A stretch of DNA of 64,000 nt from Candidatus Thorarchaeota archaeon (GTDB lineage Archaea > Asgardarchaeota > Thorarchaeia > Thorarchaeales > Thorarchaeaceae). The translations under genes and the position numbers were made by a program. Under the pieces are notes generated by a model. It searched no databases and was not told the DNA's origin. It saw only the letters and a program-made list of their open reading frames with translations. This document shows, piece by piece, positions 48,825 to 58,308 of the stretch; positions within the stretch are counted from its first letter, which is position 1, and each line of letters starts with the position of its first letter. The DNA is taken from assembly GCA_019057475.1 (NCBI GenBank), contig DXJO01000020.1, positions 113,412-177,411 of the forward strand, read 5' to 3'.

Positions 48825-49106
48825 CTAAACTTTCTCTATTTCTACCTTCTTCAGTCGCATGCTTTTTGATATGAGTGTAAAATCACATTCAGTGCATCGA
48901 AGCCTAAGTGTGGTCTTCTTTGTTGTCTTAGCGAAGCGTTTCTGAATCGGCTTTGGAAACGAACCATAGCCTTTGGTCTTCCTGGTCATCCTACGCTTCC
49001 CCTGTGCCCTCGATCTGTCCTTACCTTTCTTGTAGATAGAAACGGCATGTTCAGTGTGCTGTCGGCAGCGGGGACAGTACTTGTTCATGACACTCTTCAC
49101 TTTCAT
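48825..49106 (-). CDS. rpl44e: 50S ribosomal protein L44e
   Basis: YCPRCRQHT, KTTKK, CTEC. Confidence 0.96.
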   Translation of the reverse strand: MKVKSVMNKYCPRCRQHTEHAVSIYKKGKDRSRAQGKRRMTRKTKGYGSFPKPIQKRFAKTTKKTTLRLRCTECDFTLISKSMRLKKVEIEKV

Positions 49107-49198
49107 TTGAGAATCACCAGACTTAGGTCGTGGGACCCGGCTTTAGGTCGTTTATAACCATTGGGGCGTGAGCTACCGTGTTTGATGGAATAGTTCCG

Positions 49199-49396
49199 TC
49201 AGAACCAGCCGAGCTGCGTTCCCACATGCGCTATGACTATGGACACCACAAGCATAGATGCAAAGATTACAACCAAGGTAGGCCCAACCTTGATACCAGG
49301 CGTTTCGTCCTCAAAGAAACGTATGAGACCAGCTCCGCCCGAGGGCATTGGCCCCTCACCTTTCTTCTTCCTGCGTTTCTTTTGGGTCTTAGGCAT
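49199..49396 (-). CDS. secG: Preprotein translocase subunit Sec61beta
   Basis: AGLIRFFEDE..GIKVGP plus C-terminal TM. Confidence 0.92.
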   Translation of the reverse strand: MPKTQKKRRKKKGEGPMPSGGAGLIRFFEDETPGIKVGPTLVVIFASMLVVSIVIAHVGTQLGWF

Positions 49397-49476
49397 GCCT
49401 TTGTATCTCCTGGACCGATGACTTGAGCCTGATATCAACTTTTAATCCTTTTGACCGGTCAGGGGTTGGAATGCAA

Positions 49477-49773
49477 TCAGGGGGCTTCAGTACACTCACA
49501 GGGCGTCCTTCCACACTTGGAGCACACTCCGCTGTACTTGTTGTATAGTGCCTCTGAGAGATCGATGTCCAAAAGGTTCGCAATCGAACATACCCACGCA
49601 AAGACATCTGCGACCTCATCAGACAGTTCGTTTTTGCTTTTGCTTCTTAGGATTGCATCGCTCAGCTCACCCAGTTCCTCGAAGGTTCTAAGCAATGTTC
49701 TCTCTAGTCCTCTTGCCCTATCTCTCTCTATGTAGATGTGACGTATCATGTCCTGTGCTTTTTTCGTATCCAT
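49477..49773 (-). CDS. MazG-like nucleotide pyrophosphohydrolase
   Basis: EELGEL, DEVADV, CSKC..PCEC tail. Confidence 0.88.
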   Translation of the reverse strand: MDTKKAQDMIRHIYIERDRARGLERTLLRTFEELGELSDAILRSKSKNELSDEVADVFAWVCSIANLLDIDLSEALYNKYSGVCSKCGRTPCECTEAP

Positions 49774-49782
49774 GAGAGCTCA

Positions 49783-49934
49783 CCGTTGCCCGAAACCTAG
49801 ACGATCCTGGACATCATATTCCATGATCGATGTTCGGTTCCTGATTCATCAAGGTTGCATCGTAAATCCTTGACCTACGACGTCTAACGACCTTTCCAAC
49901 AGGCGTTTTAAGTCTCCGTGCAACTCGCGGCGAC
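49783..49934 (-). repeat. Dispersed structured non-coding element, copy B (diverged)
   Basis: Aligns to 11607-11763 with conserved blocks (GTCGCCGC, ACGGAGAC, AAAACGCCT, ATGAATCAGGAACCGAACATC, GTTTCGGGC-ACGG). Confidence 0.85.
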
Positions 49935-50092
49935 AATAGAGTTAGTTCATGGACTTGGTTCTTGTCCTGAATCGGCTCCATACCCTAGTATTCCATCTGG
50001 ACTTTATATGCACCAATAATAAAATGTGCAGCAATGTCTAGGTTTTTAGCAGCTGTTGGCAACCTCACAAAGCCCACGATTGCAGTGGTCCC

Positions 50093-51415
50093 TTACATGA
50101 ATCTCAAATGTGCATATGCGGGCGTGTCAGTGTCGAAAGCATAGTGGACTTTCTGATAGTCCTTTCTAAACTCTGCAACTTCAGCTGCAATCTTGTTCAC
50201 ATCCTCACCTTTCATGACGACACGATGCATGAGCTCTGCGATTGCATCCATCTCAGACTCCTTCATGCCCAGTCTCGTCATCTCGCTTGTTCCCAGTCGA
50301 ATTCCACCGGGTGTCTTGTAGTCGCGCCCCATCTTCTTGTCCCATGGCAGAAGGTTACGATTGATCACAATGTTCGCGTTTTCCAGCTCTTCTTCCACCG
50401 TTCGACCGTTTTTCATTGGTGAGTCTGATATGTCCGCTAGAACCACATGGGATTCGGTGAAGCCCTTGTGTTCTGCAATCACTTTCCATCCTCTCTCGTG
50501 GAGCGCCTGTGCCAGAGCTTTGGCATTCTTGAGTATCTGGTCCATGTATGCATCTCCAAACTCAGTCAGCTCAGCGAGTACTACTGCAAGTCCAGCCACG
50601 TTGTGGAGATGGTGATTACTAAGCATCCCTGGGAATGATGCCTTCTTAATCGGTTCGGCGAACTCAGCCTTGGATAAAACAATGCCGTGCTGCGGGCCAG
50701 GCATAGTCTTATGCGTTGAGGCAGTCATGATGTCTGCACCCTCCCTCAACGGGTCTTGAAACAGTCCTGCTGCAATCAGACCTGAAACGTGCGCTGAGTC
50801 ATAGCCAATCTTCATTTCGTACTCGTCAGCAATCTCTCGAAACTCCTTCACCGGATGTGGGAATGGGAATACACTGCCACCGAAGAGCAAGAGCTTGATC
50901 TCCTTCCCGTCTGCATGCATTTTCTTAATCAGCTTCATGCTTGCATCCACATCGATGTTGAACTCATTATCGTCAAAGATCCAGTTCCTCACTTTGTGGC
51001 CTCTTATTGCTCCAGCAGTTCCCCCCAGGTTCTTCCTAGCATGAGAGATGTGTCCGCCATGTGCGATTGAAAGAGCCATCATCCTATCGAGGGGTGCCAT
51101 AACTGCTGTGTACATCACCAGATTAGCGACTACTCCGGACACCGGCCGCACGTCAGCAAACTCTGCTTTGAACAGTCTCTCAGCGAGTTCTATGCAGATT
51201 AGCTCCACCTCATCGATGTACTTACAGCCTGCATACACCCTCTCTCCCGGCCAGCCCTCTGCATAGCGGTCTCGAAAGTCACTGACTATCGCAGACCTAA
51301 CGGCTGGTGATGACACATTCTCTGATGCAATGAGGTTGATTGTATTCTGCATCCATGTGTCATGTTTCTCTAAGAGTCCAAATACTTCATCGTAAAGCTT
51401 CTTGTGGTCGCTCAA
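50093..51415 (-). CDS. glyA: Serine hydroxymethyltransferase
   Basis: NLIASEN, RYAEG, GGHISH, STHKT, GIRLGT; TTG start after AAGGAGG. Confidence 0.96.
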   Translation of the reverse strand: MSDHKKLYDEVFGLLEKHDTWMQNTINLIASENVSSPAVRSAIVSDFRDRYAEGWPGERVYAGCKYIDEVELICIELAERLFKAEFADVRPVSGVVANLVMYTAVMAPLDRMMALSIAHGGHISHARKNLGGTAGAIRGHKVRNWIFDDNEFNIDVDASMKLIKKMHADGKEIKLLLFGGSVFPFPHPVKEFREIADEYEMKIGYDSAHVSGLIAAGLFQDPLREGADIMTASTHKTMPGPQHGIVLSKAEFAEPIKKASFPGMLSNHHLHNVAGLAVVLAELTEFGDAYMDQILKNAKALAQALHERGWKVIAEHKGFTESHVVLADISDSPMKNGRTVEEELENANIVINRNLLPWDKKMGRDYKTPGGIRLGTSEMTRLGMKESEMDAIAELMHRVVMKGEDVNKIAAEVAEFRKDYQKVHYAFDTDTPAYAHLRFM

Positions 51416-51496
51416 ACATAGAGCCTCCTTATCCTGAAGACGTTGGCCGCTAGACTTCGGTTTGTTATATGACTTATGCAACCTACGTAGTCAACA

Positions 51497-51979
51497 TTAG
51501 AGAACCCAGCCCCAAAAGGTGACTATGAACATGGCTTCGCCCGGGAAGTAAACTAGTGCTCCAAATGGCACTCTAACAACGTTCTTAGGCACATCAACTA
51601 CTGGAATTGTTGACCCGAGATAATCATATGGTTCCTCAGGTCCTCCAAGACGATCTGTCACTAAATCTATTGCATAGTCATTAGTCATCCAGGGTGACCA
51701 TGCAAGAAAACCAAGAATTACTAAAATCAATACAATCTTTGATTTGTGTGACCTCACAAAACTGGTTCCCGACCTTAGATGTGGCTTCTGCGAATAGAGA
51801 ACGAGTACCACACCAAGAGGCATAAAGAGTAGCATGAACCAGCCCAACATAATAAACACAATACCTATCCATAGAAGTCTTCTCCCCCCAAGCCGCACCA
51901 AACCCGGTCTTGATTCAGCTGCCGGAAGGCGACAAACTCTCTTAATCACATTGAATTCATCTAGTTGTTCTATTTCCAT
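51497..51979 (-). CDS. Hypothetical membrane protein
   Basis: Hydrophobic segments; coupled to upstream HTH gene. Confidence 0.55.
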   Translation of the reverse strand: MEIEQLDEFNVIKRVCRLPAAESRPGLVRLGGRRLLWIGIVFIMLGWFMLLFMPLGVVLVLYSQKPHLRSGTSFVRSHKSKIVLILVILGFLAWSPWMTNDYAIDLVTDRLGGPEEPYDYLGSTIPVVDVPKNVVRVPFGALVYFPGEAMFIVTFWGWVL

Positions 51980-52437
51980 TGCAATTGCCTCATTATCAAT
52001 TTGAAAAGTTTCTCACCAAGTCGAGTAGGTGCCAAGTCTTTCGGCAGAGGAATCTCCCATTCTTCTGCTAAGTTCCGAAGCACTTCGTCGCAATTTTCCA
52101 TCATGTCACAGCTATCACAATCACCCCTGTGTGAAAACCAAACTTGGACTCCCATCTTATGAGAGTAGGTGATGTATGTTAAGGAATCATGAGCGTGACA
52201 ATAACCCACCGCAAAACCGTATTCTGGGCTCATGTTTTGGAGAACAATGCGGCTCACTTTTGCTGTATGTCTAAGAAGACTCTCAATTCGCTCTTCCGCT
52301 ATTCTCTGCGCTTGACTCACATATGGTCTTGAAACCGCTAATTCCTTGGCGATGTCCGACGGCAGATTATTCTGCCTTCTTCTCAGCCAGATAGTACTCT
52401 GTTGCTTTGTTGGATAGCGAATTCCGATGGACATCAT
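51970..52437 (-). CDS. HTH transcriptional regulator with Cys/His C-terminal domain
   Basis: SDIAKELAVSRPYVSQ HTH; H..DC.SC...C. Confidence 0.75.
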   Translation of the reverse strand: MMSIGIRYPTKQQSTIWLRRRQNNLPSDIAKELAVSRPYVSQAQRIAEERIESLLRHTAKVSRIVLQNMSPEYGFAVGYCHAHDSLTYITYSHKMGVQVWFSHRGDCDSCDMMENCDEVLRNLAEEWEIPLPKDLAPTRLGEKLFKLIMRQLQWK

Positions 52438-52456
52438 TGATCCCCGCGAGTAGCAG

Positions 52457-52518
52457 TTAACTGATTTCGTGCAACTCCGGACAGCTCACTCATATAAATT
52501 AACCGATTTCATGCAACT
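52457..52518. promoter_or_regulatory. Two 20-bp direct repeats flanking the TATA box of the HTH gene (putative operator)
   Basis: TTAACTGATTTCGTGCAACT (52457) and TTAACCGATTTCATGCAACT (52499), 42-bp period; minus-strand TTTATATG at 52491-52498. Confidence 0.7.
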
Positions 52519-52720
52519 ATCTAATGAAATTCATTTTAACCTGAAGACGTTGGGCGCTAGACCTGTCTTCGTTATGTGACTTACGACAAGACGAAAGCCG
52601 GCAATACCGCAATCCCTATAAACCAAGAGAAGCGAACGACCGTTCCGTGGGCCAGTGGCTACCCAGGGAGAGTTCATAGACTTCAACTGGATAGAGATGA
52701 AGGGGAGTTTGGGCCAAGCT

Positions 52721-55700
52721 TTAGTAATCCCTGAAGAATATCACTCCCTCTTTCAAAAGGATGTTCTTAACTTCCTCAATGACCCTTTCAATGGTTTCAT
52801 CATCAATACTATACTGCTCAAGCTTTTCTCCAACCTCTCGTTCTATGAGATCAGGGTCTACCCCACCTGCCATCTCTGTCCAACCCTGATAGGTGTGTAT
52901 CCACTGTGTAACTTGAATAGAAACATACTCGCTCTCTTCGGCGACGAAGTTCGCAACTATCACCTGTCCTCCAGCCGCATCCCTTGTTATATCCACTGAT
53001 TCAAATTGTAGTCCTGCAATTTCCTTCTCTTGGATAAGAGAGAGATGGTCTTCAATCTCTTTGTCGACCAACTGTTTCATTATTTTGCTATCAGAGAACC
53101 CTCCTTGATCCAGTACTTCCTCCATTCCTTCCTTCAAGAGTGAAGATAGATGTTCTCTCTCTAGCATCTCAACTTTGGGCACAATAACTATGTGGACCAT
53201 CTTTTGAAGAGTAAGCTCAGATACAAGTCTAAATTCAACTCGATCTTCGAATCTCTTTATCTCAGGACTCCAACCATCAAGGAGGTAGATTCCTGGGTAT
53301 ATTGCTCTCTCCTTTCTCCAACGCATAACGTGTATAGATTCTCTGAACTCCCTAGGCAAGTCTTTGGACTCTGGAATCCGAATATCATACCACATCCATT
53401 GGCCGTCATAAGCACGATAGGAAATCGCACCTGTTTCAAGAAACGCTGCAAGAGCTGGACCGGTGAACTTGATCTGTTCTAGTTCTCTGATCTCTTCAGG
53501 AACCTTATCATCGGAGTAGAAAGTTATTCTCCAACAAGCGCCATGTCTGTATATTGACTCGTTGAATAATGGCTCCGGTTGTCCAGGGTGACCGTCTACA
53601 TCTTGCAGGTATTCAATAACCCTCTTGGTTGCCTTGGAGTGTTTTGTTATGCTCTCAAGATTCTGACTTCTCAGTGGACAAATATGATAATCATGACTGA
53701 TTTTAATTCTCTGAACAACACCTTTACTGAAACTAAGGAATGCTTCAGCCGTAGGTGGAAGTGATACTGATTCAATCTTGAAAGGGTCACTCCTAAGGAC
53801 GAAAGGTCGTAGGATTTTCACATCCTCATCAAATTCGATATCATCAAACCTGTTCCACACATAGTGGTTTTCATCTATGACAACTGGCTCGCATGAAAAA
53901 TCAGGCCGTCGTAAGATCTCAAGTACATCCACAGTTCTTTTGATTAGTAACTGTCCAATCTCATCCTCACTCCCATGATTTAGTAATGAAATCCTGAACA
54001 TTTGCGCTTCATGGTCTAAGTACACATGACACTTAACAGATATACAATCTCGGAACACAGCTGAAATGAGACCGAGACCTACTTTGATATAATCTGCAAG
54101 ATTCCTTGGTGGCGCCCTGATATTGTTTCCAGCTACCCCTAGAAGAGTTGAGTCATCTCTCAGAGTCATCGACATGAGGAGTGTGACAGTTTCGCGTCTT
54201 CGTCTGTAATACTCGATTCTCCCCACTGGCAACCAATTCGAAGTCTTTCCATTGTAAACCCAGAGACCTTGAATCCCCCTTTGAGTGGCAACCATAATGT
54301 CTATTCCCTGTTCAGGGTCCACTCGTTCTGACAATTCCCTGAGTAAAGTCAGATCGCTTGTTCCCCAGAAGGGTTTGTTTCTGCAGAATCCTTTCAAAAC
54401 ATCAAGAATCAAACCCTCTTTCCCAGAGGGACGTCTAAGGTAAATCATACTCATTTCATGACTGCCTAGATTTGTCTGAAAGGTCAAAAAGAGCTGCTGT
54501 GGACTATCACTATTATTCCTCTCTACAAAACATGCTCGACCAAAGAGAACATCACTTACTTGCTCTCCTCTCAGGATTTTCTTCAGACCTTTAGCTCTCT
54601 CTCTTAACCGATCGATAAGTTTTGTTCTATGGAGAAACGACTCTCCAGTATTATGTTGAGAGTGGTATTCTGGACTGAAGCCCACACCTATCAACTGAAA
54701 GGGTACGAGATAGTTCCAGAGCTTTTCTATCAGACTTCTAGGTGAATCGAGAGTTCCTGATTCATAGAGTGATATCAGGAGAAGAAGGAAGAGATGGTTG
54801 CCAACTATTAGTAACAGGTCTGGGTCTTTAGCAAGAAGTTTCTTCAGTTCTATCTTCTGATTCTCTAAGAGGCCATCTGAAATCCATGAACGTTGTTTCT
54901 TCAAGGCCATCCAAATTTCCTTACTCAAATCATGAGTTTCGAGGAATACACGGATTGTTCTTAGAACGTTAAACACATCACTCTGCAAATACCCATCAAC
55001 TAATTTCCCATCAACAAGTCTGTCCAGAGATTCAAGAAACTCTTTCCATTCTTTTTTATCACCATGTCGTTTCGCAATTGTTTTAGCTATGCGTCTTATC
55101 CCACTAAGCTCTTTTCTAACCAGAGTCAATCTATTGGAACCGTAAAATTTCAGTAGACCAATATGTGGTGGTCGTGTGGTTTTCCTTGGAGGGGTTCTGT
55201 GCAAACGAGTTACCCTGTACTCTCTTGTATGGTTTATCATTTCCAACGGTTCAAGCTTTTTCACTCGACCATCTGCATCAACAGAGGTCTGATGCTGATA
55301 TGGCTCGAAGACAACCCTCGAAAGGAGTGACGGTGGATTAGAACTAACACCGGAGGGTTCTTTCTTCTGAATCAAGAATTGGCTCTCTTCTTCGGAATCT
55401 GCCTTCTGATAGAATCTGCTGAGATGTGGAACCAGCTCAAGCACATCATTATTATCATCCTCACAATAGTTTCTAAGATAGCCCTTTCTTATGGAAGAAT
55501 AATTGGACCTAAGATAGAACACTTGTTGCTTGTCTATATTCTTCTCCCGATTATTATCAGGTCTAAACTTTTCTCCCCATTGGTACAATGGTGTAATCAA
55601 AACAGGGTCAATGCTGAAATCATTCTTTCTCTCAGTCACAACCCATCTGACATCATCATCTACAGGAACATAGGATCCATATCTCCTCGGAGCCATAGGC

Positions 55701-58120
55701 AAGTTGTAGACAATCTCATTAATTACCTGCATCCATGGACTGCTTGGATAAAAGGGGGCGACACATCGAGTATCATACTTCTGACTCGTCTGACTCAGCG
55801 GTACAGGTCTATCGAACCAGAGTACTGTTAAACGACGAGGCATCTTCTCGATAAACCAAAGTAAAAACTCATCAAGAAAAGATTTCTTTTGTTTTGAGGT
55901 ACTTCTTCTAACTTTATCCAAACCTGTAACAACAATGAATGGTCTTCTCTTATTCCTGAGGCTCACACTCAGTTCTCTGCCAATAGTTTCAAGAGTATCC
56001 CTTTCATTTACATATGATGAAAGAGGTTCTGACATATCAACGAAGGTTATCTTCTTCCTCAATAGCCTCCGAATGCTTTTCGAATGAAGACTGGCTCGGA
56101 GGTTTTGTTCTCTCAAGCCAGGACTCTTGAATTCGCCTGCAAAGTCAAACCACACAATATCCCTATGCTTTCCTCTCACTCGTTCATGGATATATTTCAG
56201 TCCATGCCAATTGGCAGCTATCTCTGCCGCAGACTGAGAAGGAGATCCTTTCCCTGACACTGTGAGGTACAGAATAAACTCTCTGTCATCATCACGAAAT
56301 CTTGAATACTGGAAAGGATTGAACTCTTGGATGTTAGCAGTTGGAATTGTATTTCTATTCTCACAGTCACTATATACTACAAGTCCCATTCTGAAACTCT
56401 TATCCCCCAATGTAGGATAGAAGAGCTGCCCCTTCGAAAATGCATCATCTTGTGAGTTACTGTACGCTTTGAGAATCAGATTTCTGATGTTACTCCTTAG
56501 GGTTTCCCAATTCTCCTTTAAATCAACAACGAGCACTCCTTTCATCAGCCTTTCAGGAGGACTGACATCACTCCGTACGTATTTCCTATAACTAGAGAGT
56601 ATGACTTTCTCATATGCATCAAGCTGCTTCCTTCCATAGACAGTTGGAGTTGAGTCGATGACATCTTGCCACTCCATATCCTCTGACTTTCTCCTATCCA
56701 TGATTGGTTCAACAACTCTTCTGTTCAGGTCCTTTGACTTTGTAGATGTTGCATACAGGTCAAGTTTGTAGAAACACTTGGTCTTGACTTCGATGAGAAT
56801 ACACGGTTCCCAGATAGTAACTGGACTTGACTCATCAGCTCTCTCCAAATTCTTTCTTCGAAAAACGAGAATATCGACCCGTCCTCTGCCATCAGCCACA
56901 GTAACCTCGCAGGTAAACAAGAAATCAGTTTCTTCTGTGACCATTTCGTCACCATGCCTGATTGAGCCAAAAAGTGAAAATGGCTGAACTGAGAAGTTTG
57001 AGTTGGCAATGAAATCATGAAAAGCAGAGCCCATCATCCGACTGCTTTCGAGCAGGCTCTTCATTGCATGCTCTGCATCAGCTCGAGTCAGTATCCCATT
57101 CTTAACTAGGGACATCACCTTTTCCACATGAACCCTCCACTCCGGATGAAGGTCCAAGTCACACCGTTCTGTTACATCTGAGAAGAAAGTGTCCAGCTCA
57201 TCCTCACTCACATCTTCAGGGTCGGAGGCATCTACTTCTCTTGGCTCATCATCCATGATTGCTTCTAATTGGTCTGGCTCATTGGCAATTAGTGATTCTG
57301 CTATTGCGTGATCCTCTGTTCTTGCATCCATCAAATGACTTGAAATTTCCCCGGTAATCGATGGAGGTCGACCGTTCACACCACCATACACCGCTCGGAT
57401 CTCATGAACAATTTCTCGAAGCTCTCTTACCCCTTTATGGATGAATCCCTTCTCTCCCCTCTTCCTCTCAGTGTAAACATATTCGAGATAGGGCACGAGT
57501 CGCTCGATGAGACCGTCAAGGTATCGTTTTGCATCCCTTATGGGGACTGAATATTTCATGCATTGTCTAGCAAGCTCGATACCATGACTTCTGATCATAT
57601 CCACGAAATCGAGCTCCGGAGTAGTATGAGTTGGGATATACTTTGGAATCCGAGCACTTCCTGGATAGATTCGTTTCACACTCTTAGCTTTGGTGATTAT
57701 CCGCACTGGTGTTGGGAATGGAAACCCTGATGCTCCAAGGTTTCTGATTCTTGCACCGTAATAGTCAGCGAGGATATTGATGTATTTTCGATCCTCTTTC
57801 CGTCTTCTTCTCTTCTCCTCAACATTCCCGTAAGGAACAGATGTATTCAGTACAATCTTGTTGTGGTTGCGACGGATGTTATTCTCCACACGCTGAAGGT
57901 GCCTTGCGTCTGGTCTTCTCTCCTTTACGGATCTCTGATAGTCTAGGAGGGCATCCTTCAGAATCTTCCTGATTCCCTTTCGACCCTTTCCTCCCCAGTA
58001 GAGGTGTTTTGTAGTTTTTGTTACCCTTCCTCTAGCTAGATATGCCGTTGCTGTTAGACCAGATTGCAGCGCTTTAGTGAGAACCTTCCCAGGGTTTTTT
58101 GGGAAACCTGCGTTTTTCAT
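52721..58120 (-). CDS. Giant multidomain protein: diverged Cas1-like domain + PD-(D/E)xK (Cas4/RecB-like) nuclease + degenerate P-loop domain
   Basis: E109/H165/D171/D174 in Cas1-like contexts; GRVD416...E444VK...QLDAY; SGKGSPSQS and IVVTGLD; 1799 uninterrupted codons. Confidence 0.75.
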   Translation of the reverse strand: MKNAGFPKNPGKVLTKALQSGLTATAYLARGRVTKTTKHLYWGGKGRKGIRKILKDALLDYQRSVKERRPDARHLQRVENNIRRNHNKIVLNTSVPYGNVEEKRRRRKEDRKYINILADYYGARIRNLGASGFPFPTPVRIITKAKSVKRIYPGSARIPKYIPTHTTPELDFVDMIRSHGIELARQCMKYSVPIRDAKRYLDGLIERLVPYLEYVYTERKRGEKGFIHKGVRELREIVHEIRAVYGGVNGRPPSITGEISSHLMDARTEDHAIAESLIANEPDQLEAIMDDEPREVDASDPEDVSEDELDTFFSDVTERCDLDLHPEWRVHVEKVMSLVKNGILTRADAEHAMKSLLESSRMMGSAFHDFIANSNFSVQPFSLFGSIRHGDEMVTEETDFLFTCEVTVADGRGRVDILVFRRKNLERADESSPVTIWEPCILIEVKTKCFYKLDLYATSTKSKDLNRRVVEPIMDRRKSEDMEWQDVIDSTPTVYGRKQLDAYEKVILSSYRKYVRSDVSPPERLMKGVLVVDLKENWETLRSNIRNLILKAYSNSQDDAFSKGQLFYPTLGDKSFRMGLVVYSDCENRNTIPTANIQEFNPFQYSRFRDDDREFILYLTVSGKGSPSQSAAEIAANWHGLKYIHERVRGKHRDIVWFDFAGEFKSPGLREQNLRASLHSKSIRRLLRKKITFVDMSEPLSSYVNERDTLETIGRELSVSLRNKRRPFIVVTGLDKVRRSTSKQKKSFLDEFLLWFIEKMPRRLTVLWFDRPVPLSQTSQKYDTRCVAPFYPSSPWMQVINEIVYNLPMAPRRYGSYVPVDDDVRWVVTERKNDFSIDPVLITPLYQWGEKFRPDNNREKNIDKQQVFYLRSNYSSIRKGYLRNYCEDDNNDVLELVPHLSRFYQKADSEEESQFLIQKKEPSGVSSNPPSLLSRVVFEPYQHQTSVDADGRVKKLEPLEMINHTREYRVTRLHRTPPRKTTRPPHIGLLKFYGSNRLTLVRKELSGIRRIAKTIAKRHGDKKEWKEFLESLDRLVDGKLVDGYLQSDVFNVLRTIRVFLETHDLSKEIWMALKKQRSWISDGLLENQKIELKKLLAKDPDLLLIVGNHLFLLLLISLYESGTLDSPRSLIEKLWNYLVPFQLIGVGFSPEYHSQHNTGESFLHRTKLIDRLRERAKGLKKILRGEQVSDVLFGRACFVERNNSDSPQQLFLTFQTNLGSHEMSMIYLRRPSGKEGLILDVLKGFCRNKPFWGTSDLTLLRELSERVDPEQGIDIMVATQRGIQGLWVYNGKTSNWLPVGRIEYYRRRRETVTLLMSMTLRDDSTLLGVAGNNIRAPPRNLADYIKVGLGLISAVFRDCISVKCHVYLDHEAQMFRISLLNHGSEDEIGQLLIKRTVDVLEILRRPDFSCEPVVIDENHYVWNRFDDIEFDEDVKILRPFVLRSDPFKIESVSLPPTAEAFLSFSKGVVQRIKISHDYHICPLRSQNLESITKHSKATKRVIEYLQDVDGHPGQPEPLFNESIYRHGACWRITFYSDDKVPEEIRELEQIKFTGPALAAFLETGAISYRAYDGQWMWYDIRIPESKDLPREFRESIHVMRWRKERAIYPGIYLLDGWSPEIKRFEDRVEFRLVSELTLQKMVHIVIVPKVEMLEREHLSSLLKEGMEEVLDQGGFSDSKIMKQLVDKEIEDHLSLIQEKEIAGLQFESVDITRDAAGGQVIVANFVAEESEYVSIQVTQWIHTYQGWTEMAGGVDPDLIEREVGEKLEQYSIDDETIERVIEEVKNILLKEGVIFFRDY

Positions 58121-58308
58121 TATAACAATGGTTTTATCATTACCTTATATATATTCATTTTATTGAGTATTGTCCATTATCTATTCTCCCATTTATCGCA
58201 GATAATGGCCGGTATCATAGATTTCCAGCGTTTCCATTTTCTAGTCTTGGTAAATTTAAATATATTATGAGAATATAATATTCTGTGGAATATTGAGAGT
58301 GGTGGCCG

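Noticed and set aside
52440-52720. att-like duplication of the tRNA-Lys 3' end, or terminal inverted repeats
   Set aside because: No match to GGTGGCGGGCCGG or to the right-end sequence found by eye beyond about 8 nt
58121-58308. CRISPR array or leader between the giant gene and the RuvC gene
   Set aside because: AT-rich with TATA-like boxes on both strands but no repeated units; read as a divergent promoter
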